Shown piece by piece: positions 8,590 through 18,701 of a stretch of 64,000 nucleotides of DNA. A model generated the notes under the pieces. It had not been told where the DNA came from, ran no database searches, and saw nothing but the letters and a program-made list of their open reading frames with translations. A program made the position numbers and the translations under genes. Numbering within the stretch: the first letter of the stretch is position 1; each line of letters opens with the position of its first letter. This DNA is from Planctomycetota bacterium (GTDB lineage: Bacteria; Planctomycetota; GCA-002687715; CAIWVZ01): assembly GCA_044222185.1 (NCBI GenBank), contig JBGANV010000001.1, positions 1,600,001 to 1,664,000 of the forward strand. Direction: 5' to 3'.

Positions 8590-10587
8590 CTACACGATCC
8601 ACTTTGTCACCTGATAGGCCGCCCACGCAAACAGGTAGGAGAAGACGGCCAGGTAGCCGACCAGAAACAGCGGCCAGCGCCACCCCCCGGTTTCACGGCG
8701 CACGACGGCGACCGTGGAGACGCATTGCGGCGCAACGACATAGAACGCGAGGAGGGAGACGATCGTGGGCCAGTCGAAGAGGCGGCGGCCCGTTCGGTCG
8801 TTCGTGGCGTTGCGGAACGCATCCTGGAGCCGCACTTCGTTCTGGGAGTCGGACGGATCGCCGACCGAGTAAACGACTCCCATCGTCGCGACGAAGACCT
8901 CGCGGGCCATGAACGACGAGACGAGTCCGACGCCGATCCGCCAGTCGAAGCCGAGCGGGCGGATCACCGGCTCGATGGTGTGGCCAAGCCGGCCGGCAAC
9001 GCTTGCATTCAGCTGCGCCGTCTGGAACTGCTCGTCGGTCATCCCGGCGCGACGTTCGGCAACGGGAACGTGGGTCGCGACCCAAAGGAGCACCGAAACC
9101 GCAAAAATGACGGTCCCGGCTCGACCAAGGAACGCCCAGGCGCGCTGCTGGAGTCGCACCGCAATCGACCGCCAGTTGGGTACCCGGTAGGGCGGCATCT
9201 CGATGATCGGCGACACGCGCTTGCCGCGAAGCACCGTCTTCCCGATCACCCAGGCAGCGACCGACGCCGTCGCCACCCCGGCGACGTAGAGAGCGAGCAT
9301 CGTCGCACCACGCGCACGGATCGGTCCGAACAGGGGCGTGTCGGGCACGAAAGCGCTCAGGATCAGCGCGTAGACCGGGAGGCGCGCGCTGCAGGTCATC
9401 AGGGGTGCGATGAGGATCGTGGCGAGGCGCTCCCGTCGGTCCTCGATCGTCCGTGTGGCCATGATTCCCGGCACGGCGCAGGCGAATGACGAAAGAAGCG
9501 GGATGAACGACCTGCCCGACAGCCCGAGCGCACGCAGCGGACGATCCACGATGAACGCCGCTCTGGTCATGTACCCGCTGTCCTCGAGCACCCCGAGGAA
9601 TAGAAACAGGATCAGGATCTGTGGAAGAAACACGACGACCGACCCGACACCGGAAATGACGCCATCGGTCACGAGTTCACGCCAGAGCGAAGCGGGCAGA
9701 ACGGTCGTGATCCAATCCCTGATCGCGCCGAAGACCGTATCGATCGCATCGGTGACAGGCTGCGCCCAGGAGAAGACTGCCTGGAAGATGCATCCCATCA
9801 CGACGGCGAAGATCGCAAAGCCCAAGGCTGGGTGCATCACGACGCGATCGATCCGGTCGCTCACGACCCGGAGCGCGGGCCGAGCCGCGAAGCCTGCGGC
9901 ACTCACGATCTCGTTGACGCGGCCGTAACGCCGCTGCGTTTCGGCAGTCTGATTCAGGTCGGCGCTCGCCTGAAGCTCGCGCCACCGGGTCGCCCTGTGC
10001 CCGTCTGCGTCCGAGAGCCGCGAGCCCTCAGCATCGGCGACGGTTGCTGAGACGTCAGCGATCGCCTGCCGGAGCTCAGCAATCCCGCGCCCGCCAGTCG
10101 CCACCGTCTCGACGACGGGAACTCCGCCCAGGGCACGGCTCAGCGCGACGCCAGAGACGTCGACACCGGCTCGGACAGCCTCGTCGACCATGTTCAGGCA
10201 AACGACCATGGGCAGCTCGAGGTCGGCGATCTGCGTGTACAGAAACAGACCTCTTCGAACGTTGGCCGCCTCGATCACGACGACGACGACATCCGGCTCC
10301 GCCTCCCCTGAAAGCGTGCCTGTCAACACTTCGCCAGCGACCCGCTCGTCTGGAGATCGACCGATCAGGCTGTACGTGCCCGGAAGATCGACGATGCGGT
10401 ACTCGCGTCCACCGAATGGGTACACGCCTTCGTGGCGCTCGACGGTCACGCCGGGGTAGTTGGCGATCTTCTGACGAAGCCCGGTCAGCGCGTTGAACAG
10501 CGACGACTTTCCGACATTCGGGTTGCCAGCGAGCGCAACGGTCAGAATGCGCGAAGCCGAAGCGACGGATCCCGAGGCCGCGGTCAT
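8590..10587 (-). CDS. feoB: Ferrous iron transport protein B
   Basis: GNPNVGKS, NYPGVTVE, DLPGTYSL and NMVD G-motifs, plus membrane motifs SFACAVP and MTCSARLPVY. ATGA overlap with feoA. Confidence 0.97.
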   Translation of the reverse strand: MTAASGSVASASRILTVALAGNPNVGKSSLFNALTGLRQKIANYPGVTVERHEGVYPFGGREYRIVDLPGTYSLIGRSPDERVAGEVLTGTLSGEAEPDVVVVVIEAANVRRGLFLYTQIADLELPMVVCLNMVDEAVRAGVDVSGVALSRALGGVPVVETVATGGRGIAELRQAIADVSATVADAEGSRLSDADGHRATRWRELQASADLNQTAETQRRYGRVNEIVSAAGFAARPALRVVSDRIDRVVMHPALGFAIFAVVMGCIFQAVFSWAQPVTDAIDTVFGAIRDWITTVLPASLWRELVTDGVISGVGSVVVFLPQILILFLFLGVLEDSGYMTRAAFIVDRPLRALGLSGRSFIPLLSSFACAVPGIMATRTIEDRRERLATILIAPLMTCSARLPVYALILSAFVPDTPLFGPIRARGATMLALYVAGVATASVAAWVIGKTVLRGKRVSPIIEMPPYRVPNWRSIAVRLQQRAWAFLGRAGTVIFAVSVLLWVATHVPVAERRAGMTDEQFQTAQLNASVAGRLGHTIEPVIRPLGFDWRIGVGLVSSFMAREVFVATMGVVYSVGDPSDSQNEVRLQDAFRNATNDRTGRRLFDWPTIVSLLAFYVVAPQCVSTVAVVRRETGGWRWPLFLVGYLAVFSYLFAWAAYQVTKWIV

Positions 10588-10841
10588 GGCGCCTCGATTC
10601 GAACCCGAACCGCCGCCGTCGTCTCGGTCCTCATCGTGTAGCGAGCGCCACCCACGTCGACCTCGACAGGACACCCGAATGGCGAACGCCGAACGACACG
10701 GACGACGACGCCCGGCAGGACCCCGAGCTCCAACAGGCGAGCGCTGGTCTCGCCCTCGTCGTCACGAAGATCCACGACGACCGCGGGCACACCGCAGTCG
10801 AGATCGGAGAGCGTGAGTTCAGGGTTCGGGGAAACGGCCAT
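10584..10841 (-). CDS. feoA: Ferrous iron transport protein A
   Basis: RLLELGVLPG.VVRVVRRSPFGCPVEV is the FeoA SH3-like signature. Lies directly upstream of feoB. Confidence 0.92.
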   Translation of the reverse strand: MAVSPNPELTLSDLDCGVPAVVVDLRDDEGETSARLLELGVLPGVVVRVVRRSPFGCPVEVDVGGARYTMRTETTAAVRVRIEAP

Positions 10842-10883
10842 TGGGGCAAAGGACTCTCGGCCGGCTCTGGCGCGAGACTCAAA

Positions 10884-10900
10884 ATGAGATTCAATCTCAT
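10884..10900. promoter_or_regulatory. Candidate Fur box
   Basis: Perfect 8-1-8 palindrome ATGAGATT-C-AATCTCAT, AT-rich in a GC-rich background, between the feoA promoter and start codon. Confidence 0.75.
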
Positions 10901-10911
10901 CTCGTCCCGAA

Positions 10912-10940
10912 ATGCTACTTGCGACCCGCGACAGAAGCAA
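10912..10940 (-). promoter_or_regulatory. Sigma70-type promoter of feoAB
   Basis: Minus strand TTGCTT-N17-TAGCAT, immediately upstream of the palindrome. Confidence 0.6.
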
Positions 10941-10967
10941 TGGCTGTGCCCCCGTGTTGCCCGCGGC

Positions 10968-11477
10968 TCAGCCGCGGTGGAGCGTCAGCTGGGCGCCGGA
11001 CTTGTCCCCGACGGTCTGGCGGCACGGCTCGCACAGCCCGTACATCTTCAGCGTGTGCGCCATGAGTTCGAACCCGAGCGTCCCGGCGATGCGCTTCTGC
11101 AGTTCCTCGATCTGATCGTCGCGAAACTCGCGAATGGTCTTGCAGTTGACGCAGAACAAATGGTCGTGGTGCGCGTGACCGAACGTGTGCTCGTAGTACC
11201 GCGAGCCCTCGCCGAAGTCATGCAGCTCCAGCAGATCGCACGCCAGCATCACTGCAAGCGTTCGATAGACAGTCGCCTTGCTCGCAGCCACGCCGAGCTT
11301 CTTCAGCTTCTCGAGGAGCTGCTCGGCAGTGAAGTGCTCGTGGATCGAGAAGATCGCCCGCAACAGCTGGCGCCGTGCCGGCGTGAACTTCAATCCACGG
11401 CTTTTCAGATACTGCTCGAAGACGCGTTCCTCGCCATGCGAATCCGCATCCTTGCTCTTGTCGAAGTCGGGGCTCAT
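10968..11477 (-). CDS. fur: Fur family transcriptional regulator
   Basis: GLKFTPAR, HFTAE, SKATVYRTL, HHDHLFCVNC and GLCEPC motifs. Adjacent to feoAB. Confidence 0.92.
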   Translation of the reverse strand: MSPDFDKSKDADSHGEERVFEQYLKSRGLKFTPARRQLLRAIFSIHEHFTAEQLLEKLKKLGVAASKATVYRTLAVMLACDLLELHDFGEGSRYYEHTFGHAHHDHLFCVNCKTIREFRDDQIEELQKRIAGTLGFELMAHTLKMYGLCEPCRQTVGDKSGAQLTLHRG

Positions 11478-11623
11478 TGCGGGAGGCCTTTCTGCGTCTT
11501 TCTCGATGCGTGTCAGCGGTCGCTGGCATCGTAGGGTGACTGCGATCCACCATCAACGAATACCGAGTGCGCACGAACCGGTACGCACATCGGCCAACCG
11601 AACCCGGTGGCACCCCCGACGGA

Positions 11624-12910
11624 TCATCGTTTCGGGGCGGCGCGAGCACCGATGTCGCGCCGGACATGCCTCCCCTCGAAGCGAATCCTCTCGACGGCAG
11701 CATAGGCCCTTTCCCGGGCCTCCTGGACCGTGGTTCCCAGTGCCGTCACGTCGAGGACCCGCCCGCCCGACGTCACGAGGCGCCCGTCCCGAGTGGCGGT
11801 TCCCGCATGGAAGACGTGGACGCCGTCCATCCGTTCCGCCTCCTCGACGCCAGAGATGACGTCCCCACGCCGGAAGACCCCCGGGTATCCGCCAGCGGCG
11901 AGCACGACCGTGACCGCGGCCCGCGGATCGACCGACAGGCTCTCCGGGCGGATCTCGGCGAGTCGCCCGGTTGCCGCTGCGTGGAGAATCTCGAAGAGGT
12001 CGCCACCGAGCCGGGGAAGAACCACCTGCGTCTCCGGGTCGCCGAACCGTGCGTTGTATTCGAGCACCCGTGGCCCGGAGCGCGTCAGCATCAGTCCGGC
12101 GTACAGCAGCCCGCAAAAAGGCGTGCCGTCGACCCGCATCTGGTGAACGGTCGGCACGAGGACTTCCTGCTCGATCCTCTTCTGCAGGGCCTCGGTGTAG
12201 ACCGGGACCGGGCTGTAGGCGCCCATGCCGCCCGTGTTCGGACCCTCGTCACCGTCGAGTGCGCGCTTGTGATCCTGTGCAGCAGGCAGCGGAAGGAGCG
12301 TCTTGCCGTCCGTGATGCAGAACTGCGACACCTCTTCGCCGGAGAGGAAGTCCTCCAGCACGACGGTCGTCGACGCTTCTCCATGGAGTCGGTCCTCCAG
12401 GAACGTTCGCAGTGTCGTCGCCGCCTCGTCACGACCGTGGCAGATCACGACACCCTTGCCGCCGGCCAGTCCGGAGGCCTTCACGACCACCGGGTAGCTC
12501 ACGTCGCCCTCGAGGTACTGCAGTGCCGCGTCCGCGTTGGTGACCACCCGGTACCCTGCAGTCGGGACGCCGGCGCGGACCATCAAGGACTTCGCGAACG
12601 CCTTCGATCCCTCGAGTTGGGCTGCCGCTCGCGTCGGTCCAAACACGCAGAGGTCGCGCTTGTGGAAGACATCGACGATGCCGGCGCAGAGTGGGATCTC
12701 CGGGCCAACGACCGTGAGCCCGACGTTCTCGCTCTCTGCGAGGTCGGCGAGTCCGGTCAGATCCGTCGCCTGGACGGCCACGTTGCGGCCGACGGCCGCG
12801 GTACCGGGATTCCCAGGAGCCGTGATGACCTCCGTCACCTTGGGGCTCTGAGCGAGCTTCCACGCGAGCGCGTGCTCGCGACCACCGCTGCCGACGACGA
12901 GGACTCTCAT
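11624..12910 (-). CDS. purD: Phosphoribosylamine--glycine ligase
   Basis: MRVLVVGSGGREHALAWKL, LEGSKAFAK, QDHKR, GPNTGGMGAYSP and EYNARFGDPETQ motifs. Confidence 0.98.
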   Translation of the reverse strand: MRVLVVGSGGREHALAWKLAQSPKVTEVITAPGNPGTAAVGRNVAVQATDLTGLADLAESENVGLTVVGPEIPLCAGIVDVFHKRDLCVFGPTRAAAQLEGSKAFAKSLMVRAGVPTAGYRVVTNADAALQYLEGDVSYPVVVKASGLAGGKGVVICHGRDEAATTLRTFLEDRLHGEASTTVVLEDFLSGEEVSQFCITDGKTLLPLPAAQDHKRALDGDEGPNTGGMGAYSPVPVYTEALQKRIEQEVLVPTVHQMRVDGTPFCGLLYAGLMLTRSGPRVLEYNARFGDPETQVVLPRLGGDLFEILHAAATGRLAEIRPESLSVDPRAAVTVVLAAGGYPGVFRRGDVISGVEEAERMDGVHVFHAGTATRDGRLVTSGGRVLDVTALGTTVQEARERAYAAVERIRFEGRHVRRDIGARAAPKR

Positions 12911-13617
12911 GAAGCCACCTGCTCAGTCACAAGCCCCTCGAGCGCATAGAGGTCTTCGGGGCGCGCCACGCGCCAGGACGAGAATCCCAGCCTCACCGCC
13001 GGAACGAGGTCCGAGTCCGGACGATCTCCAACGGTGACGACAGCCGCCGCGGGCAACCCGAGGTCTGCCAGCACCCGCTGAAAAAAGCGCGGATCCGGCT
13101 TCGCAAACCCGACGTCCTCCGACGAAAGGATGATGCTGAAACACGCGAGCGGGACTCCGAGCGCGTCGAGAATCGCACGGGCGAGCCCTGGCGTATTGTT
13201 CGTTCCAAGCGCGAGACGGAAGCGCCGCGCCAGCGCACGCAGCATCGACACGAGGCGAGGATCGACACTGACGTGTCGCTCCGGTTCGACGTGTCGCTCG
13301 CGGAACCGGTTCATCTCGGCGATGCCAAGCTGGAACTGGTTCGTGAGGACCTCCGTTTTCGATTGCGCGCCCGGCGCCATCGTCACGCGGCCTTGCAGAC
13401 TGGCATACGCCTGGAGCGGATCGGCGACGCCGACAAGGTGGCGAATCCGCAGCCCGGTCGCCCGCGCGATGGCGCATTCGAGGGCAGCGCCATCTCTCCC
13501 CCCGTACAGCGTGCCGTCGAGGTCGAACAGGATCGCGGACCTCCCGTCGAACGGTGAGAGGTCCGTGACTGCGGCGCGAGCTTCGGCTGAGGTTCTGTCC
13601 GACATGGAGGTCGACAT
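12907..13617 (-). CDS. HAD family hydrolase
   Basis: FDLDGTLY (motif I), GTNN (II), KPDP (III) and VGDRPDSD (IV). Confidence 0.88.
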   Translation of the reverse strand: MSTSMSDRTSAEARAAVTDLSPFDGRSAILFDLDGTLYGGRDGAALECAIARATGLRIRHLVGVADPLQAYASLQGRVTMAPGAQSKTEVLTNQFQLGIAEMNRFRERHVEPERHVSVDPRLVSMLRALARRFRLALGTNNTPGLARAILDALGVPLACFSIILSSEDVGFAKPDPRFFQRVLADLGLPAAAVVTVGDRPDSDLVPAVRLGFSSWRVARPEDLYALEGLVTEQVAS

Positions 13618-13662
13618 TCTATGAGCGCACCGAGAGACACCAATCCTCGGGTCCCACGCCCA

Positions 13663-14433
13663 TCAGGCGTCGAACTCGGCAATCACGGGGGCGTGGTCGC
13701 TGGGCTTCTCGCCCGTGCGCTCCTCCCGATCGATGGTGATCGATCGGCACCTGGCTCGAAGGGACGGCGTCATGAGGAAGTGGTCGATGCGGTAACCGAG
13801 GTTCCGCTTGAACATGTTCATGCGGTAATCCCAGAAGGTGTACTGCGCCGGTTCCTGGGTGAACTCTCGCAAGCCATCGATCAACCCCCACTCCAGCAGG
13901 TTGCGGTAACGCCGACGCTCGTCGTCGGAACAGAGGATCGTGCCCTTCAATTTCTCCGGGTCGTAGACGTCCCGGTCGTCCGGCGTCACGTTGAAGTCGC
14001 CGCAGATGACCATCGGCTGCGCCTTCACGTAGGCTTCGTCGAGCCAGGTACGGAGCCGGTCGAGCCATGCGAGCTTCATGACGTACTTGTCGCACCCGAC
14101 CTCCTGGCCGTTGGGCACATAGACGTCGACGATCCGGATGCCGTTCCACGTTGCCGCCAACGCGCGGGCCCCGGACTCGGCTGGGGCGCCCGGGAGACCC
14201 TTCACGACATCCGTGACGGGAACGCGTGACACGATCGCGACGCCGTTGTAGGTCCGCTGACCGAAGATCTGGAGGTGCCAGCCCCGCTCGACGAACGGCT
14301 CGACCGGGAATGCGCTGTCCTCGCACTTGATCTCCTGCATGCAGACGAGATCCGGCGCTCGCTTGTCGAGCCACGCGAGGACGCGATCGAGGCGCGCGCG
14401 AAGGGAGTTCACGTTCCAGGTCACGAGGCGCAT
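13663..14433 (-). CDS. xth: Exodeoxyribonuclease III
   Basis: MRLVTWNVNSLR, QEIK, YNGVA, YVPNG, GDFN, RIDH and SDHAP motifs. Confidence 0.95.
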   Translation of the reverse strand: MRLVTWNVNSLRARLDRVLAWLDKRAPDLVCMQEIKCEDSAFPVEPFVERGWHLQIFGQRTYNGVAIVSRVPVTDVVKGLPGAPAESGARALAATWNGIRIVDVYVPNGQEVGCDKYVMKLAWLDRLRTWLDEAYVKAQPMVICGDFNVTPDDRDVYDPEKLKGTILCSDDERRRYRNLLEWGLIDGLREFTQEPAQYTFWDYRMNMFKRNLGYRIDHFLMTPSLRARCRSITIDREERTGEKPSDHAPVIAEFDA

Positions 14434-14491
14434 GGCGAGCAGGATACCGCGCACACGCGCGCATCAGCAGACGGAACGGTCGCGTGACGCT

Positions 14492-15736
14492 ATGAATGTC
14501 GCGATGGAGCCACCTGGGAGATCACCCGCGATCGCGCCGGTCCTCTGGCTTTGCTTCGCAACCTGGACCTTCGACTTCCACCACCTCATCCTGGCGAGTT
14601 TCCTCTCCGACGTGGTGGCCCATGACCTGTGCCTGCGCCCGACCCACCTGGGCTGGATCCATGGGCTCACGCTCGCAGCTGCCGCCGGCGGTGCTTGGGT
14701 GACGGGACGGATGGCAGATCGGGGGCGCATCCGTTCGGCGCTGGGTGTTTGTCTCCTCGTTCCTGCCGCCGGTGCCGTTCTGACGGCGGGCGCCCACGGC
14801 CTCACGACTCTCGGGGTCGGCCGGATCATCACCGGATTCGGAGCTGGCGGCGGGTGGGGCATCGGCCACATTCTCGTTCAGGGGCTCGCGACGCGCGAGT
14901 CCCGCGATCGGCTCGCGGCGCTGCTCCAGTGCGCGAGCCCGGCGGGCGTCGTCACGGCGTCGCTGGTCTCCGGCTTCCTGGCGCCCGCGTTGGACTGGAG
15001 GTGGGCGACCACGGCGTCCGCGTTGCCTGGCGTCCTCGTCCTTCTGGTCCCCCGAGTGATTCCCGGCGAATGGCGCCCGCGATCCGCTCCGGTCGTCGCG
15101 GCGAACGACGCGCCGCGCTCGGGCGAGGTGCGCGCCGTCCTCGTGATTTCCGCCTTGCTCGCGCTGCAGATGACGACCTACTGGTGCAGTTTCGCGTGGC
15201 TCCCGAGCCAGCTCCGTGCCACGACGACGTTCGGTCCGTCACAGATCGCGCTCACGACCATCGTCGTCGCAACCCTTCAGGCCGTCGCAAACATGTTGTT
15301 TGCCCGGGTCGCCGCGCGCATTGGGACGCGCCGGGCGTTCGCCGCGGCGGGCGGGACGCTCGCCGCGTCGCTTGCGGCCCTCGCGGCTTTCGCGCAGTCC
15401 GTCGAGCGCAATCCATCCGTTCTGATCGCCACGCTCGGCGGGGCGTCGCTCGCGTGCGGACTGTGGAGTGCGTTCGCAGGGTTCTTCGCCGAGTCGGTCG
15501 CTGCGTGCCGGCGCACGAGCGTCGCGTCGGCGTCCTACAACCTCGCCCGCGCGACGAGCGTCCTGACGCAGCCGATCGTCGGCTGGATGTATGAGTTGCA
15601 CGGAACACACCGTGGCGCGTTCCTCCTCGCCGCCGCATGTTCACTCGCATCGGCCGCCGTCGTGTCCCGACTTCCCCCGCCGTCGCCCAGCGCGGTTTCG
15701 GGCAACGGCGCCGAGCGACGCGCACGGCCACGATAG
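14492..15736 (+). CDS. MFS transporter
   Basis: About 12 hydrophobic segments, motif A-like GRMADRGRIR and GRIITGFGAGG. Confidence 0.85.
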   Translation: MNVAMEPPGRSPAIAPVLWLCFATWTFDFHHLILASFLSDVVAHDLCLRPTHLGWIHGLTLAAAAGGAWVTGRMADRGRIRSALGVCLLVPAAGAVLTAGAHGLTTLGVGRIITGFGAGGGWGIGHILVQGLATRESRDRLAALLQCASPAGVVTASLVSGFLAPALDWRWATTASALPGVLVLLVPRVIPGEWRPRSAPVVAANDAPRSGEVRAVLVISALLALQMTTYWCSFAWLPSQLRATTTFGPSQIALTTIVVATLQAVANMLFARVAARIGTRRAFAAAGGTLAASLAALAAFAQSVERNPSVLIATLGGASLACGLWSAFAGFFAESVAACRRTSVASASYNLARATSVLTQPIVGWMYELHGTHRGAFLLAAACSLASAAVVSRLPPPSPSAVSGNGAERRARPR

Positions 15737-15793
15737 ACTGCCCGCTCACCGCCCCCTTGCCGGCACCCAACGACCACTCGCCGAGTTCAGCCG

Positions 15794-16339
15794 ATGTCCA
15801 AGATCGAGCCCGAGAAGACCCCGAGTTCAGCCGCTCCCGGCACCACGAGCGCCGTAACCTTCACGCACGCCGTCGCCGCGCCACCGGACCGAACGTACCG
15901 CCTGTGGACCGATGGCGAGCACCTGCGGCATTGGTTCGCGCCTCCTGGAGTGATCATCACGAAGTGCACCGTCGACCTTCGGGTCGGCGGAACATTTCAT
16001 TACACGATGAAGACGCCAGACGGTTCCGTCGTTTCGGCCAAGTGGACCTACAGCAACCTGCAGGCGCCCGAGCGGCTGGAAGCCGTCGTCGCGTTCGCTG
16101 ACGAGACGGGGCGAACGGTCCGCGCGCCGTGGGACCCGGGGTGGCCACTCGAATGGGACGCCGCCGCCACGTTCGAGCCACGACCAGGCCACGATGGCGA
16201 GACGCTCGTGAAGGTCGTCTGGACGGCCGGCCGAGCGACTGCCGCCGAACAGAAGCGGTTCGCAGACGCCCGCGAGGACATGACGCTCGGTTGGAACGCG
16301 ACGTTCCAATCGCTGGACCGGTACGTCACGGAACGTTGA
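15794..16339 (+). CDS. SRPBCC/AHSA1 domain protein
   Basis: WTDGEHLRHWFAP, DLRVGGTFHY and GWNATFQSLDRY motifs. Confidence 0.88.
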   Translation: MSKIEPEKTPSSAAPGTTSAVTFTHAVAAPPDRTYRLWTDGEHLRHWFAPPGVIITKCTVDLRVGGTFHYTMKTPDGSVVSAKWTYSNLQAPERLEAVVAFADETGRTVRAPWDPGWPLEWDAAATFEPRPGHDGETLVKVVWTAGRATAAEQKRFADAREDMTLGWNATFQSLDRYVTER

Positions 16340-16379
16340 CGCGAGGCGCCAGGGACGAGGCCCTGGGAGCGACGCCGCC

Positions 16380-17639
16380 TCACCGCAGCCGTAGCCGGGC
16401 CGCACGGCGTTCCAGGTACCTGCGCTCGGCCGGACTGGCCGTGGCCGACGCAGCGGCGAGAAACTGATCGATCGCGCCGACGATGTCGCCGGCGCGCTCG
16501 AGGAGGTGCGCTCGTACGCCCGCCAACCGATGATGACCGGCGATACGCTCGTCGCCCTCCAGCCGGTCGAGCAGCGCCAATCCGGCAACGGGGCCGTGCA
16601 CCATGGCAACGGCGACGGCCCGGTTCAGGGTGATCATCGGGTTGTCGGTGATCCGTTCGAGCACGGAGTAGAGCGCGAGGATCTGGTTCCAATCCGTCGC
16701 GTCGGCCGAGTCGGCCCCATCGTGCAGCGCCGCGATGGCGGCCTGCAGCTGGTACGGACCGATGGCCCCACGCTTCCACGTGGTGTCGAGCAGCTCGCAC
16801 CCTTCTCGGATCGCTGCTCGATCCCAAAGCGACCGATCTTGCTCGTCGAGCGGAATCGTATCGCCGGCGGAGTTCGTGCGCGCGCCCCGACGCGCGTGCG
16901 TGAGCAGCATCAGCGCGAGCAACCCAGCCGTCTCCGCGTCATCCGGCATGAGCCGGCGCAGCATCCGTGTGAGCCGGATCGCTTCTGCCGCCATCTCCAC
17001 ACGACTGATGGATTCATCTACGCTTCCGGCGTAGCCCTCGCTGAAGATCAGGTACAGGACGTGCCTCACGGCTTGGAGTCGCTCGGCGCGGTCCGCCGGC
17101 GTCGGCATGGTGAACGGGAGGCACGACTCCGCCAGGGTCTGCTTCGCTCGGCTGATCCTCTGGGCCATCGTCGCCTCCTGAACCATGAAAGCGCGAGCGA
17201 TCTCGGACGTCGTGAGACCCCCGACCGCGCGAAGCGTCAACGCGATGGCAGAGGGCGGAGACAGCGCCGGATGGCAGCACATGAAGAGGAGGATGAGCGT
17301 GTCGTCCCCATCGGCGTCCATGGTGTCGGCCTCGAGTTCGCGACTGGCGTGCGCCCCATCGGCCTCACGCGCTGCGGCAGACTCCTCGCGTCGACGCCGA
17401 CTGACGTCACGACTCGCGGCGTCGGCCATGCGGCGGCACGCCACGCGGAAGAGCCAACCCGCCGCATTCGCGGGAACGCCGCTCTGGCGCCACGCGACGA
17501 TGGCGTCGAGAACGGCTTCCTGCACGGCATCCTCCGCGGCCGCGAAGTCGCCGAACCTGCGAATGACGGCAGCGAGGACCCGAGGCACGGACTCGCGCAG
17601 CAGGTCCTCGGGGCCGGGCCCAGGATCCACGGTCGTCAA
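16380..17639 (-). CDS. ECF sigma factor with C-terminal TPR/DUF6596 extension (ECF42-type)
   Basis: AEDAVQEA (region 2), LLFMCCHPAL, GGLTTSEIARAF..E.TMAQRISRAK, YLIFSEGY and GPYQLQAAIAALH. Overlaps an upstream YciI gene. Confidence 0.92.
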   Translation of the reverse strand: MTTVDPGPGPEDLLRESVPRVLAAVIRRFGDFAAAEDAVQEAVLDAIVAWRQSGVPANAAGWLFRVACRRMADAASRDVSRRRREESAAAREADGAHASRELEADTMDADGDDTLILLFMCCHPALSPPSAIALTLRAVGGLTTSEIARAFMVQEATMAQRISRAKQTLAESCLPFTMPTPADRAERLQAVRHVLYLIFSEGYAGSVDESISRVEMAAEAIRLTRMLRRLMPDDAETAGLLALMLLTHARRGARTNSAGDTIPLDEQDRSLWDRAAIREGCELLDTTWKRGAIGPYQLQAAIAALHDGADSADATDWNQILALYSVLERITDNPMITLNRAVAVAMVHGPVAGLALLDRLEGDERIAGHHRLAGVRAHLLERAGDIVGAIDQFLAAASATASPAERRYLERRAARLRLR

Positions 17640-18028
17640 GCAGGTACGTCCGGCGCCGACATGACCTGGCGTAGCTCGATCGGGATGCTCATCGGCACGC
17701 CCCCGAGGCCCGGCGCCGCAGAGGCGCGGGCGGCGATGGCGATCGCGCGCTCCTCAGACGGCACGCTCACGATCCAGAATCCGATCAAGAACTCCTTCGA
17801 CTCGGCGAACGGCCCGTCAGTGATCGGTGGCCCGCCGCCCTTGCGGGCTCGGATCACCTTGGCCTCGTTTGGCCAGGCCAACCCTTCGGCCGCGACCAGC
17901 TCCCCTGACGCCTTGAGCTCCTTGTTCAGGTTGATCATGAACGCGATGTGGGCCTGAACGTCCTGCGGTGGCCACGTCGTGATCGCCGCCCCCTCGCCCG
18001 CGAGATGCATCATCAGCATGTACTTCAT
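17636..18028 (-). CDS. YciI/DGPF family protein
   Basis: MKYMLMM...ITDGPFAESKEFLIGFW...IELRQV. Confidence 0.92.
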   Translation of the reverse strand: MKYMLMMHLAGEGAAITTWPPQDVQAHIAFMINLNKELKASGELVAAEGLAWPNEAKVIRARKGGGPPITDGPFAESKEFLIGFWIVSVPSEERAIAIAARASAAPGLGGVPMSIPIELRQVMSAPDVPA

Positions 18029-18064
18029 GGTTGGTCTCCTTTGGTGTTGCGTCGGTCGGGACGT

Positions 18065-18640
18065 TCACTTCCTGCGTGTGTAGTCGATGCGCAGGTGCCG
18101 CATCTCCCTGCCGTCGGGGCCCGGCCCGTACATCGACCACGATCGGTGATCGTCGTCGGCGTAGTGCGTCACGGTTCGGCACGTCTCCAACTTCCCGCTC
18201 ATTCCGAGACACTCGCCTGTCAGCGTCAGTTCACGCCTGATGGCGTCGTAGTCACCGAAGAGCGTCATCGGTGACGCCGACATGGAATCGGTCCAGAACG
18301 TGAAGAACTGCTTCCGCACCGTGCAGTAGCCGTTGATCCCGTGCCCGGACATCGGCATGCCCATGACGTCTCCCTGGAAGCTGTCGATCGTGTGGAAGTC
18401 GGCGTGCTTCGAAGTCGTCAGCAGCCCTTTGGTTCTGACCTCGACGCCTTTCGGGTCCTGCATCACCACGATCGCGTCCCAGGTCCCAGCGAGCTTCTGC
18501 AACATGAGGTGTTGTTCGCCAGCGCCTGCTGCCTCGAAGGCTTGGGGCGCACGGCTCCGGTTCGCGCCAGCATCATGCACCACGTGCCCGAGGCCAGCTC
18601 CGGACGCCAGAACGACGAGTGTCGAGATGAGGATCTTCAT
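18065..18640 (-). CDS. Exported DUF1579 family protein
   Basis: Signal peptide, then H..LQKLAGTW, GHGINGY and WTDSMS, the DUF1579 pattern. Confidence 0.82.
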   Translation of the reverse strand: MKILISTLVVLASGAGLGHVVHDAGANRSRAPQAFEAAGAGEQHLMLQKLAGTWDAIVVMQDPKGVEVRTKGLLTTSKHADFHTIDSFQGDVMGMPMSGHGINGYCTVRKQFFTFWTDSMSASPMTLFGDYDAIRRELTLTGECLGMSGKLETCRTVTHYADDDHRSWSMYGPGPDGREMRHLRIDYTRRK

Positions 18641-18701
18641 TTGGTCGGGTCCTTGTTTTTCGGTTCGTTCGACGAGCGATCACGGCGATCGACGAACCGG
18701 A

